Of a stretch of DNA of 64,000 nucleotides, positions 1 through 13,687 are shown one piece after another; within the stretch, counting starts at the first letter, position 1, and the number at the start of each line of letters is the position of its first letter. The position numbers and the translations under genes were made by a program. The stretch spans positions 8,432,001-8,496,000 of the forward strand of contig JAWMAR010000026.1 of the NCBI GenBank assembly GCA_036785375.1. Reading direction: 5' to 3'. A model generated the notes under the pieces. The model searched no databases. It was not told the DNA's origin and saw nothing but the letters and a program-made list of their open reading frames with translations. Source of the stretch: Leucoraja ocellata (lineage: Eukaryota).

Positions 1-1113
1 GACCCATGTAAGTTGCCATTTGATGCATTTGAAGTAAAATCAAAAGACAGGCCAGAAAGTGATATGTGCGCGTCCTTTCACTAGAGCTGCGCGTTGTGCC
101 GTCCCAAACCATTGCATATTTTACGTGTTAATGGGCCTCTTGACAAATTTAATCGATTCGTTACCGCAAATCAATAAAACCATTCATGGAATGTTTCTTG
201 TGTTTGAGGAAGATATCGTGAATCTGCTGCCATGCCTAACCCCTCCAGGTTGCTCACTGATATTCTAAGTCAAAGGAGCATTTTCGTCTGTGTTCTGTAT
301 GGATTTTCGATGGTCGCCGTGCCATCCTGAATACAGCGGACGTCAATTCGCCTTTGGAAGTAGACTACGAGGTCATGCACATCATTAGAATGGACGGTTC
401 CAAAAAATCGGGTTCCATCGATACTCTGGATTTAAAAAACAAATGATTATGTGTTTCTGTGTTGTACAGCACATCATTTGTCACGAATGGTATTTCCACT
501 GTTCAGTCACAGCGAGCGAAATCTACCTTCGATTTTCCTACCACTCTCTTGAAATTAATTTTATTTGGGATCGGATTTCACAGCAAATTTCAACTTCCTT
601 AATTACATTCCCAATATTCCATGAATACTGCATCGTCTATAATTCTGCCTCGAGCACACCAGGGCCGCCAATAAACGTAATGACGGTGGAGATTTTTTTC
701 CAGCCACACTGTTGAATCACAAGGTGAAGAGTATATAACTCTTTATCCCTTGCCATTCGTAGACATTCCACAAAACGTCTTGTTGTACCGACACAGCTAT
801 AAATCAATACTTGTTACGCTCTGCGACCTATCCAAGCTACATACTTATATACTGTTTAGAATTGGTTGCAGGCAAATATTTGGTTCTTCTGCACCTTAAT
901 GATTCTTTGATCATATGTTATTTACACACAACTGGCATGAGACAAAAATGAAAAAGACAGCAACTGCGTTCATGGGCAATGTTCATGTGTGTTTATTCCC
1001 GTCGACGTCAACTCGATATAAACAAAGACAGAATTATGCTTTTGAAATAGCAGCCTGCCCTATTATTAACACTATAAATATATTACAACTTGTCATTATT
1101 TTATTGTTTACAG

Positions 1114-1212
1114 TTCCATTACCCGATAATCCATTTCATAACTGGATTTATGGTTGCATCGGAGCAGGATTGATACCTCTCATAATCATTATTTTCATTG
1201 TGAAACGGAAAG
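1114..1212 (+). CDS. A1 transmembrane exon (neutral TM)
   Basis: tttacag|TT...AAA G|gtaagg, 99 nt; hydrophobic [20 protein letters not shown] followed by KRK stop-transfer. Confidence 0.85.
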
Positions 1213-4200
1213 GTAAGGCTCCTAAACTTTTTGATCTCGAGATTGTTATAAAATTAACCAATCAAAATTCAGCAATACTTTAGTTAGAAATACAGCTCGG
1301 AAACAGGTGATTCGGCCCACCGAGTCGGCGCCGACCAGCGACCCCGTCATAGTTACACTATCGTACACACACTAGGGACAATTTACAGTTATACCAAGCC
1401 ATTTCATCTACAAATCTGTACGTCTTTGGAGAGTGGGAAGAAACGGAGATGCAGGAGAAAATAATATTGGAGAGTTATATTGGATCGGACACTGCATGCG
1501 TTAGCTGGTCTGTGGTACATACGCCCCATCTCACTGAGTGCATCGTTTCTCGGAAGCTAACTTTTGAGTTAGTCACCGATTTGTTCATGCAGGATAGCTG
1601 CTTGGTGTTTTGGGGCAGGTTGTGGGATAAGGGGTTGAGTGTGAAAAATGGGTCGGTGATGCAGAAACACATTCTGTAATTGAATGTGCTCCGGCTCGTA
1701 GAGGACTAATATCCTGTAGATTTTTAACAATTGGTATCGTGATATTAGTTTTGCTACATACATGTATACAAACTCAAAAGTTTAAAAAAATGTATATGCT
1801 GCCAGATTTACTGGCTACTACGATTCTTTGTAATGGCCAAAAGTTTTGTATTCAAAATTACCTCACTCTAGGGACGTGCAGAAAATCGAAAGGACGTGCA
1901 GGGCATACAACAAAGGTAAGACATGTATAATACTGCAGAGACGTTCAAACAGCACTCGGACATCCTCCCAATTATTACCTTCGTTTGGATAATTACAAAA
2001 TTCTACAAGTCAACTTTCGTGATGAAATTGGAGCAAAATGAAATTCCTCAGTAATGCCTTCAAATGCAAACACAGCTACTGCAGGCCCATGTGTGTACTT
2101 GATGTTTGTTAATGGAAGCATGGCGATAGAAACGTAGAATTGGGAGAAGGAATACGCGACATGGTCCTTCGACCTTTCTTGGTCGTTCAATACTTTCTCC
2201 CATTGTCCCTTGATCCCTGAGACTTGTTTCGCGCTGTAGTTCTCTCTCATATTATAACAATGTTCACATCATTTTGAATAAATGTCATAATTTGGATTCG
2301 AGTGATTTGTGAGATAGATTTTCTTCTCTCCTGGAGAAGAACGCTGTCCCCATTACAGTTTGAAATCGTTTTTCCCGTATTATTTTACAATGGTTCCTGG
2401 TACTGGGGTTCCCATCAATGGGAAATGACATTACTCCATCATATCTCTCCTATACCGTGGATTTGTAAACAATTGTCTGGCTGCCTTCTCATGCGTCCAA
2501 ATTTTAGTGAAATCACCTCAATTTAACCCAATGCATACGCTAGACTTGACAGTCTATCAGTCTGTTGAAATCTCACTGAGCTCACCCCATCATAGGAAGA
2601 TCTCGTCACAGTCAAAGAGACCAAAGAAACGCACGCCTCTCAAGGAGACCAGTCATCAAGGTCTATGCAAGTCGATACATTCCTTTTCCGATAGCTTTTT
2701 TCATCGGAATTTGGCATGCTGCTGGAATGTACGATGTTTAATTTTGACTATTGTGGTAAATTTATGGAAAATATTTTGATTGGTAGGAAATAATTCTAAC
2801 ATAATACTGTTTTTTAGACTAAGCATTTGGAATCCGATGAAGCAATTGTTTACAGTGATTTCCGTATCGCTGATGCAAAGCGATCTGCCGAAGATAAATA
2901 TGCAGAACCGAGCACAATATATACCCAGGTATATGCAACATGCGCCATTTCACGGAGCAGCGAATGAATCACAGTTGAATGGAATTTCGAGATGTATCTG
3001 AGTGCTTCGTTCGTAGCTTTGTCTAATTGCAATTAACAAAATGCACTCAAAAAGGGGGGAAATCTAATAGAAACGGCAGAATTGAGGGCCTTTGCTTTAG
3101 TTTAATTTACTTTTCGTGAATAAGCGAGGCTATAATCCATAATACACCACTAACTGAAATTCAGGTGGTGATTAAAGGGCACAATCTTGAATCTCTCTCG
3201 TGCTTCAGATAAAGGTGCTGTCATATTGCTTCGTGTAGAAGCTTGGGGGATTTAGACCCAACGAGGAGGGAGGACTGGCAACCAATTTCTAAGTAAAGAA
3301 CGTGTATGACTCGGAGAGGAACCTACACGTGGCAGTGATCCCATTCAAACTTTGTTCTCTAGGAGTGGAGATCAAAAGATTGCTTTGCGCTTATGCAATG
3401 GATGGGATGAATAGCTGCAGTGTACGTAGTAAATAGTACACTGGTGAAGGAAATAACTGCTTACGGTAGCTGGGTTGGTAACCAAATGCACCGATTTGAC
3501 CTGCATGGTGTCGGGTGTCTGGAATTGGAACATTTGCTGGAACTGCACTCGGCTGGCCAGATGAAAGTCATTCTATCACATGCTCAAATTATGCTTTGAC
3601 GATGAGAAACTGTTTCGGAGTCAGTGATTGGGGTAGCTTTTCGCAGGATACACCGCCTACTCTTGCAGCTCTACTATTTATGAGGCTAATCCTCGTGCAT
3701 TTGTGATCTATGATAAGTACTAAAGAGTTGACGTTGGAGGATTCAGTGACCGCAATGCCACTGAAGTTCAGGGTAACCTGTTGGACTACATTTTTTGTGA
3801 TGTCACTCAACACCTTTAGTCTATCCGGTCGTGAAATTGCCAACAGGGATGGACTATTTGAATTTCTGAGAATTTGCAAGCGGAACGGAATAACACCCCA
3901 GATGTGATTTAAGATGGACGGAAGGTCATTTATGAGCAATTCAACATGTATGAGCCTACGATACAGCCCAGAATATTTCCCGTGGTGAAGCTAACGCTCT
4001 CGGATAGTTAATCTGGAGCAATAACAACCAGTGCACCGCATGACTCCAGTTATACATAACTCAATTATACTGTAATTGGAATATACCCGTGATAGAAATA
4101 GTGCAGGGAACATTCGCCTGATTGATCTTTGCGGTGATTGGTTTTGCTACATGGGGAGATGTTAGGAACATATATTGGAGAAGAGAGAATAANNNNNNNN

Positions 4201-7200
4201 NNNNNNNNNNNNNNNNNNNNNNNNNNNNNNNNNNNNNNNNNNNNNNNNNNNNNNNNNNNNNNNNNNNNNNNNNNNNNNNNNNNNNNNNNNNNNNNNNNNN
4301 NNNNNNNNNNNNNNNNNNNNNNNNNNNNNNNNNNNNNNNNNNNNNNNNNNNNNNNNNNNNNNNNNNNNNNNNNNNNNNNNNNNNNNNNNNNNNNNNNNNN
4401 NNNNNNNNNNNNNNNNNNNNNNNNNNNNNNNNNNNNNNNNNNNNNNNNNNNNNNNNNNNNNNNNNNNNNNNNNNNNNNNNNNNNNNNNNNNNNNNNNNNN
4501 NNNNNNNNNNNNNNNNNNNNNNNNNNNNNNNNNNNNNNNNNNNNNNNNNNNNNNNNNNNNNNNNNNNNNNNNNNNNNNNNNNNNNNNNNNNNNNNNNNNN
4601 NNNNNNNNNNNNNNNNNNNNNNNNNNNNNNNNNNNNNNNNNNNNNNNNNNNNNNNNNNNNNNNNNNNNNNNNNNNNNNNNNNNNNNNNNNNNNNNNNNNN
4701 NNNNNNNNNNNNNNNNNNNNNNNNNNNNNNNNNNNNNNNNNNNNNNCTTCTTCTTCGTTTTCTTCTTCTTCTTTTTCTTCTTCTTTTTCATCTTTTTCTT
4801 CTTTTTCTCCCTTTTCTTCTTTTTCTTCTTCTAAAAACCTGCAATATTTTAGAGGCTGACAAATAGGTGTTGATATTTATTCTGATTTGGTTGCTTAGAA
4901 TCAGGGTTTGCAATCTCATAATGAGGATATAACATATTTGCAGGGATAGCATTATGAATCAAGACTGATCCCTGCAACATGATGTGACAATTGACAACCC
5001 AGACACAATGAATAATCTGACAAGATATGATGTCATTATTATATTAGGGAAGCAATGCATTTGAGATTACTGCATGGTAAGTTTTTTATGTACAGTGTAG
5101 TGTGTTTGATATCTGTAACATACTGTCAGGGGAAGTGCTAGAATCAGATACAATTGCTATGTTTAAATGGCTTTTATATAGATACATCCACGGGCAATAG
5201 TTTCCAAAACTGGTCATAAGTATAGATGGGCATAAGCTCGGTATTATGTCCTTGGCAGAAGGATCTATTTTTGCACTGTCCGACTCTTTGACTGCAAAGC
5301 ACACGAGATAAAGATTAGTGGTAATATTTCAACTGCAGTAGAGACACTAGAAGGCACTCCTGACGCTATTGTTTATTTTTGTTTAAGTTCTGGGCATTAG
5401 CCTGAGTGTGGACGCTGATATTGCTTTGCTCACACTGCCTGGGGAGTTCGATGATTTAATGGAGATTTAATTGATAGCATACTTCTCCACATATGCTCAT
5501 TGTCTGTTGTAGGTCGATCAATTCTCAAATCACGGCTTTTTGGAGTTTTGGGGGGGGGGGGGGGGAGCCTGGTTCAAGGCCTTGTCTTTACTTCAAAGCC
5601 TGTGCTGTCACATCTAAAATGGATCTAAATATCACCGTTATTATTTGACTTAATTCAGAAATAACATCAGGTACCGAGTTGGATTGCATTTATTGCAGAA
5701 TTCTTAAGACCCCTCAGTGACAGAGGTCGGATGTTTTGCAATGCCCGGGCATCCCAGCTGAAGGGGAATTTTGGGAGGTGATGTGCAGCACGGTGACTGA
5801 AAAGATTGAGAAAGTTGCTGTGGTTATCACGCAATCTTTCTTGGTTTGGTGCTCTTATGAATGTTAGATTTGTGGGTTTCATTTTGTAGGTAATGTAAAC
5901 TGGGGACCATTTGCAAGGGTAGTTAAAACCGAAAATAACTTTTCATACGCAATCTTCATTAATAGTTGTCATGTAGCTCTTGAAGTAGAAGTGTTTGAGG
6001 ACTGTTCTCATTATTTTCTCTGCGGCATGTATTAGGGAGCCCCGCGTATTCCATTACATGAAAGTGTTGGTCCCAATTATTGCATCTGTAATGTCCCTTC
6101 TCTTCCTGGCTAGGAGGTGTGAGCCTGTAATTTCGTATCCGAATTGCACCTACACAATAGTGAATTTCCTGCACGTCAGTCCAGATACATCCACTAATAA
6201 TGAAAATGTATCATAGCATCTGGCAGTTTAATTTTAATTTAAATATTCTTATTTGAATTTCACATCAATTTGCATACATAGAATGATAACAGACAGTGAC
6301 ACTCAAGGCATAATAGTGCAACAGTATGTAAGCGACCCTCAAAGCCCTTACCCTTACCCACCTTCAACCCACCCGAATCAGGTCGGAACCAAACGGGGAC
6401 AAACAACACTCACATACGTACACATCCACACAAATACATAGAGATAAACAAAACAAAATGTACTGGGAAAAAAGAAAGAAAAAAAAAAGAAAAAAGACAC
6501 TAATAACAGTAAATAAGTAGGTAATTAAATAAATAAGTGAGGGGGGGGGGCTAAGGGGGGAGCAGCTGCAGTAAAGCAGGACAGTAATGGAAAGCACTCA
6601 GTCCTCTTCTGAATCCGGGGACAAGTTAAGAGAGTTAACAAGTTCCAGGAAAGGGTTCCATGTGTCTAGGAATGTCTTGGTAGAGCCTTTGAGAGAGAAC
6701 CTAAGTTTTTCAAGCTCTAAATTGTAGAGCACCTCCTTGATCCGTGTGTCGGGGGATAGGTGAGCCTCCAGTTAAGCAAGATCAGTCTCCGGGCTAACAA
6801 GATTGTAAAAGCCAGTACCCGCTTCAACGCAACAGAGAGGTTGGTGTTGGGAGGAGTGCCAAAAGTCTGACAGTGGGTTTGAAGGAATAGTCTGGCCATA
6901 GGCTCTGCTGATTCCTGGGATGTCAGGACTTTCTTATGAAGAAAGACTGGATAGACTCGGTTTGTACTCGCTAGAATTTAGAAGATTGAGGGGGGATCTT
7001 ATAGAAACTTACAAAATTCTTAAGGGTTGGACAGGCTAGATGAAGGAAGATTGTTCCCGATGTTGGGGAAGTCCAGAACAAGGGGTCACAGTTTAAGGAT
7101 AAAGGGGAAATCTTTTAGGACCGAGATGAGGAAAACATTTTTCACACAGAGAGTGGTGAATCTCTGGAATTCTCTCCCGCAGAAGGTAGTTGAGGCCAGT

Positions 7201-9012
7201 TCATTGGCTATATTTAAGAGGGAGTTAGATGTGGCCCTTGTCCTAAAGGGATCAGGGGGTATGGAGAGAAGGCAGGTACAGGATACTGAGTTGGATGATC
7301 AGCCATGATCATATTGAATGGCAGTGCAGGCTCGAAGGGCCGAATAGCCTACTCCTGCACCTATTTTCTATGTTTCTATGTTTCTATGCTTATCACGTCG
7401 AAAACACTCCTCCAAAAGGCTGCCAGTTTAGGGCAAGACCAGAACATATGGCTATGGTTGGCAAGGAATTGATTACATCTGTTGCAGGTGTCCCTAACAG
7501 CGAGGTAAATTCTAGATAATCTTGCATTTGTGTAGTGGACTTTGTGAAGCACTTTGCATTGGATTAGGCCATGACGGGCACATATGGAGGAAGAATGGAT
7601 CAAATCCAAGGCAGAGTCCCATTGCTGGTCTGTTAGTTTCGTATTCAGCTCGCTCTCCCACGTAGCTTTTAATGAGGTATGAGGTTTCAATATAACCGAC
7701 CCTAACAAGTTATACAAAACAGAAATGCATTTCTTCCGGTTGGGGTCTAGCACTAGGATGGTATCGGTCAGCGTTTCAGGGGGGCGATTTGGGAAATGGG
7801 GAAATGTCTTCTTCACAAAATCCCTAATCTGGAAAAAACGAAAAAGGTGGGAGTTTGGGAGGATGTAGTTGGACAAGAGCTCCGCAAAGGATGAAAAAAT
7901 GCCATCCTTGTATAGGTTTTTGATACTACTGATACCGTTACCATGCCAAGTTTTGAATGCGGGGTCTGTACTTGAAGGTTTAAAGATGTGATTTTTAAGC
8001 AGTGGGGTTAAGATGGAAGGGCAGTTTAATTTTGTTCATTGAGTTTCATGTTAAATGAAAGTCGGCAGGAAAATCAGTTCTGATGGCTAAGTAGACAGTG
8101 GTGCAATACTAAGTAAAGTCAAATTTAGAATGGAAATTGGTGTTTCCATGGGCCACTCCATGACAGTAAGAATAAAATAAGTTTCCAATTGTGGCCTGGT
8201 TACCATGCACAATAGTTTGATGCTCTCAATGGCAAATAAACAAGTAAGGATATTTGGTATTGGAAAATGTTTGAACTGATAAATTTGAGAACCATCAGAA
8301 AATGGTAAATAGAAAATATTTTTCTCTCACTTGTATTTTTTGATGACACAGCAGAGAAGCTTAATGAAAGGGAAACATCCCAAGTGAGCTTTTAATAAAG
8401 TGCAGACAGAAGGCTGGCAAGCGAGTCTGTGGCCAAATAAATAAAATATAACACTTAAATGCACAAAAAGGGGATCAGTAAGAGAAGGCGCCCCCGTTCA
8501 AATAAACCCTAGCTAGTTGAATTTAAAGACACAAGAGAGAACATTTACTTTCAATTCGATCAACATTGGGAAATGATGCAAATGAGGCCTTCAGCAACTA
8601 TTTCCATGCAAGAACATTAAAAAAAAATTAAATCACTTAGCAGTATATTTTGTTTGGCTTGATGCTAATGCATAGTCTTATGTTTAGCCAATGATCACTG
8701 GACAACCCAGAGCAGCGATAAATGAATCCATTTGTTCTTTCGCAGAAGAAAATATAATATTAATATAATAACATTTTTCATATTAATAAAGGCATTTGTT
8801 ATTTTGCTACCATTTACAATGTCCATTACTGGCGGCGGTGGTGTATTTTTGGAAATATGTTGATTGATGTAATAATTATAACAAATTGTGATAACTTTCA
8901 GACAATGCAATCCGAATGTGATCCAAAGTTAACGTATACTACTCTAAACATTGCTGGTCTAAAACCATCTACTAAATGCAGATACGTTGAAGAAAGCACG
9001 GTGTATGCCCAG
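1114..9012 (+). CDS. Gene A1 (3' part): inhibitory-type IgSF receptor; TM exon 1114-1212, cytoplasmic exon 1872-1915, ITIM exon 8902-9012; 5' exons lie upstream of the window
   Basis: AG/GT-bounded, phase-compatible exons (1-1, 1-0, 0-0). TM exon (V)[32 protein letters not shown] has no charged TM residue. 44-nt exon [15 protein letters not shown]. 111-nt exon [37 protein letters not shown] contains ITIM LTYTTL. TM and 44-nt exons are paralogous to those of A2. Confidence 0.75.
4193..4746. other. Assembly gap (N run), followed by a (CTT/T)-rich simple repeat to about 4832
   Basis: N characters. Confidence 0.99.
6340..8020 (-). mobile_element. L1/Tx1-type LINE 3' fragment, interrupted by a CR1 insertion
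   Basis: ORF 7376-7876 with zf-RVT-like CNRC...HMFWSCPKL; ORF 6717-6899 ([11 protein letters not shown]) continues the ORF2 C-terminus. Confidence 0.75.
6915..7388 (+). mobile_element. CR1/HER1-type LINE 3' end nested in the L1 fragment
   Basis: RTRGHSLRI...[14 protein letters not shown]; (TTTCTATG)n tail. Confidence 0.85.
8902..9012 (+). CDS. A1 cytoplasmic exon with ITIM (LTYTTL) and a second tyrosine motif (TVYAQ|)
   Basis: tttcag|ACA...CAG|gtaagt, 37 codons; aligns by eye with B1 exon 13601-13687 (YxxL/M-N...EExTxYxQ). Confidence 0.75.
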
Positions 9013-9119
9013 GTAAGTGTAACAAGAGCCAATTAATGGAATAACTCACGAATCAAAAAAGAATGCATGTTAACCAATTATCTATGCAAGGTGTCTGTCG
9101 TTACATAGATGAGTAGATG

Positions 9120-9960
9120 CATAGACAATAGGTGCAGGAGTAGGCCATTCGGTCCCCCGAGCCAGCACCGCCATTCAATGTGATCATGGCTGATCATCCA
9201 AAGAGCTCTATCTCACTTTCTTTTGAATGCATCCAATGAATCGCCCTCTACTGCCTCCAATTCCACAAATTTGCAGCCCTCTGGGTGAAAATGTTTTTCC
9301 TCATCTCAGTCCTAGATGGCTTACCCCTTATTCTTAAACTGTGGTCCCTTTAAGGACTGGATTCCCCCAACATCGGGAACATGTTTCTTGCATCTAGCGT
9401 GGCAAATCCCTTAATAATTTTATATGTTTCTAAATTCCAGTGAATACAAGCTCAGTCGCTCCAGTCACGCCATCCTGTGAATTAACCTCGTGAACCTAAG
9501 CTGCACTCCCTCAATAGCAATAATGTCCTTCCTCAAATTAGGAGACCAAAACTGCACACAATACTCCAGTTGTGGTCTCATCAGGGCCCTGTACAACTGC
9601 AGAAGGACCTCTTTGCTCGTATACTCAACTCCTATCGTTATGAAGGCCAACATGCCATTAGCTTCCTTCACTGCCTGCTGTACCTGCATGCTTACTTTCA
9701 ATGACTGATGTACAAGGACACATAGGTCTCGTTGTACTTCCCTTTTCCTAACCTGACATAATTCAGATAATAATCTGCCTTCCTGTTCTTTCCACCAGTA
9801 GATAACCTTGCATTTATCCACATTATACTTCATTTGCCATGCATCTGCCCACTCGCCCAACCTGTCCAAGTCACCCTGAATCCTCATAGCATCCTCTTCA
9901 CAGTTTACACTGCAACCCAGACTTGTGTCATCTGCAAATTTGCTAATGTTACTTTTAGTT
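9120..9960 (-). mobile_element. CR1-type LINE 3' fragment
   Basis: ORF 9465-9887 (QGDLDRLGEWADAWQM...LYRALMRPQLEYCVQFWSP). Confidence 0.85.
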
Positions 9961-11532
9961 CCCTCATGTAAATATTGTTACTTTTAATTCCCTCATCTAC
10001 CCCCCCCCCCCCCCCCCCTCCCCAGCTACAACCAGTAGAATGAAATCAAGAACATGTAGATATAACCGCCAACATTGGCTCTTTCGCTCTCTCTTTGCTT
10101 CGATTATTTTGGATGGATTTCGTCATCTCGGCCAAGCCAATATTTATTGATCATTAATAACGGCGATTGAGGAGATCGTAATAGCCGCATCCTTGAACTT
10201 CTGCTATCTACTTGCTAGACTCGCGCTGTTATTGGGAGGCAGTCCAGAAAAGTAGACCCAATGACGGTGAAGGACTAATGATAAAATCCCTATATCAGGG
10301 TGGTTTGTGACCTTGACAGGAACCTGCTAAGTATTTCCATACTGCCCTTCCAGCGTTGGAAGAAATGTGCGTAGGGCGATGGGCTGGTGTTGCTGAGATG
10401 GACTGCTTTTTTCCGGAATTATGTCGTTTCCGTGGAGTTACTGGAACTCATCCAGACAAATGGAATTGGGGTTTTTTCATATACTTAACTTCTGCTTTGA
10501 AATGGAGGAAAGATTTCATGGTGTCATATGGACTGAATTTGCGTTTATTATCATTTGCACAGGGATAGCCAGGTACAAGTACAATGACAACCTTACTCGC
10601 AGCAGCATCACCGGCACCAAGAATCAGGAGGCATACTACAACATGACATACATAATTATACTTAAGTCATAAGTAACTTCTGCTGGGCAGTAGAAAAAAT
10701 AAGCAATATGGCAGAAAAAAAGAAATGGTTGCAAAACACCCTTAAAAAAAACAAGCTCATAGTTGTGCCATCGTGTTTTATTAGTGAGGTGGAATTGGGA
10801 TTGAGCAGGCTACTTCAAAAACCTTATGGTTGTAGGAAAGTGCCTGGTCCTAAACCTGGTGGCGTGGGGTTTTAGGCCTCTGCGCTTCCTGCAGGATGGT
10901 AGAGGCGTGAGACGGCATGTACCTGATGGTTGGGAGCCTAGACGGTAGATGCCACCATCTTGAGGAAATGCCTCATGTTGATGCTTTAAATGGTGAGGAT
11001 GCTGGGGACGGTGAAGTACATAGAGCTGGTTGATGACCAGCATGGATAGGGTCGGCCAAATAGCATGTTTTCTCTCAATTATTCTCGACATGAAGCACCA
11101 AGAAGATAATTTATACAGTAGTAGACGGCTAAAAGCTAAAACCTTATAATTTCTTAGTCATGAAATGTTGAAATAATTATAAGAAGAAAGGAATTAAACA
11201 ATATGAAAACAAGCTGATCAAGGATAATTTACCAATACATTGTTCGAGCGATGAGATAGGAGATGTATTTTCAATTCAGTGAATTCTTGAAATGCGCAGA
11301 TTGTCGATTAAATATGACAAATTATATCATAGGTGAAAGTAAACGCACAATTCAGTTGCAAATGATCAGTGGCAAAGACCATGTGGCTGTCTTATATCTT
11401 GTATTCCATTGGACGAGTATGTCTATCAATTAAAACGTTGCATTTATTTTGGTGGCGTAGTTACTGAGGGACAGCTGTCAAAGCAAAAGCTGAAATGAAT
11501 TGACGACTATGTTATGAAACACTATTTTACAG

Positions 11533-11613
11533 ACAATACATGGCCGACCTGAACGCATGGCCGAAGAAATGAATATCAATACAGGAAACATCAACCAAAT
11601 TGTACAATCGTAA
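11533..11613 (+). CDS. Candidate terminal coding exon of A1 (TIHGRPERMAEEMNINTGNINQIVQS*)
   Basis: ttttacag acceptor, phase 0, open to TAA; no homology support. Confidence 0.3.
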   Translation, partial: TIHGRPERMAEEMNINTGNINQIVQS

Positions 11614-13381
11614 TCTGCCTTACACTGCAAAATTCGCAGGAATGTTGAGTAGTGTCAAGGCAGCCATATTTTCCAGTGCATTTGGAACATTATCGCTGGA
11701 AGTTCTGTATTTGTTGGGTTTTGTTCAGTTTATTTATGGATCCATGCTTTCCTGATTGAAAACACGCCAATTTAGTCGACTGTTCTGCAAACAATATGGA
11801 TTATTTCAAGCTCTTACTGACTAAAAAATTGCTCTTTTGTACCCAACCGGCCCAGTGACAGCACCAATTATGAATTTTCCAATAGTATTCATCTTTCAGA
11901 TCATGCAAATTGTCCATTAACTAACGTAAGGATCTGTATGTGAACTGACGTGGAGATGTTTTTGTACTCAGGGGTCATATCTTATCGAACAGTAAATGTT
12001 GCAAGAATTAAAAATAGACTCTTCAGGTTAGACCGCTAATCGGCACGAGTAGAAGCCGGGCACATACGGCTTGTTTAGTACGAGTGGGACATGTACAGTC
12101 GATACAGTCGGAGTTTCTTCGTCAATTGAATTGTCCGCAACATGGACGTCATATTTTTATTGTAGGTGAACATTTCCGTGCTAAATCTATATAATACCAA
12201 TATATCGTAGTAATTATTTTTGCTGTTAATCTCTGTGAATCAATAAATCCGTTTTACTTCTTGAATGTCAGTGTTGCTTATTATTTCTGCCTTCTTGATT
12301 CTTATATGGCTTGAATTGGAAATCTATTCTGACTATCGTCACTGTCTATTCCTTCAATAATTTGACACACGTGTAGCAGGTCGCCATTCAGCCTCGTACC
12401 CTTGAGGTATACATGACAATTATATCAAATTTCACCCCATAAGTGTATGTAACACCTCACATTTCTCTGTATTCCATTCCATCAACCATTCCTCAGCCCA
12501 CCTGGCTAATCGATCCAGATCCTGCTGCTATATTTCACAACAATCTTTACTATCTGCAAAACCACTCACTTGTATCATCAACAAACTTGCTAATATTGCC
12601 CTGTATGTTCCCATCCAAATGACACGACCACAGCTGGGAAGAAACTGTCACTGGATCTGGACGTATGCGTTTTCATACTCTGTCCCTCTTGCCTGGTGGG
12701 TGAGGTGAGAAGTTGGAGTGTTCGGGTTGAGACCCTACCTTGATTATACCGATGGCTTTGCGAGGCAGCGCGCAGTGTAGATGGAGTTAATGGCAGGGAG
12801 ATGGTTTGCGTGACGGTCTGGGCTGGTCCACGATTCTCTGCTATTTCTTACGGTCTAGGATGGAGCTATTCCCACGCCACCTGTGATACATCCCGATAAA
12901 ATGCTTCATACGATGCATATGTTCAGTTTTCTTAAACTATGAGGAGTACAGACAGGACAGATGTTCAGGGTCTTTATCTTAATATTGTGGAGATATGTTT
13001 AACTGGCGAGGGTATGCTTAAAATGAGATGAGTAGAAAAGCGTGGGGTAATTATGTACACAGAATGTGGTTACTACCATGGACGAGCTGACAAAATTACA
13101 GCCTTTCACTTGCATTTCCACAGGCACTTAGATAGGGAAAAAGTAGAGCGATGATCTTATGCGGTTAGCTAGGATTTGCGGTGAAAGGCATTTATTGTGC
13201 CGAACAGCCCTTATCAAGGGTAACATTCATCAAAGTAGATCATCTCTCATTAAAATCCCCTGCTCACTGCGCATTGTCTTGTAAATGATTGTCTGTACGA
13301 TCTGTGACACAATGTTAATCAGCTTTATGTAATTGAAATATCGTTCGCTTCAGAGTGAATGGACGCTAGCTGGTTTCACAG

Positions 13382-13687
13382 CTATTGAAAAATCCTGATT
13401 CCTGCGTACTCTGTTTCATTGTTCTTCGCCGTTCTTGAATGTTTCAGAGAAGCGGCGAGATCCAGAGTTGCATAGGTCAGTTTATGTTCTGACACTTCTT
13501 TGACCTGTCGAAAAATAATCAGAGATCATGAGCTGCTGATTCGCCTATATGGGCGACGTACACGGATTTTCCTTGCAGTACACTTCCGCTTTTACCATAC
13601 CTGGCCATAGGTTGTTCGTTCTTCGTGGCGTTTGTTTTTCGTAGTTTTCTTCTGTCCGCTGAAGTTCATATCTGCATACGAAGGATA
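13382..13687 (-). CDS. B1 tyrosine-motif exons (13601-13687 and 13382-13504): ITIM/ITSM tail
   Basis: YPSYADMNFSGQKKTTKNKRHEERTTYGQ|VKEVSEHKLTYATLDLAASLKHSRTAKNNETEYAGIRIFQ*. Confidence 0.85.

Noticed and set aside
4122-4866. Long ORFs across the N gaps (also 30676-31098) and microsatellite ORFs at 27119-27422
   Set aside because: Artefacts of N runs and simple repeats.
8352-8383. Small plus-strand exon candidate for A1 ([10 protein letters not shown]|gtgagc)
   Set aside because: The best acceptor gives phase 1, incompatible with the phase-0 upstream exon unless an unseen exon exists (possibly in the gap); no homology support.
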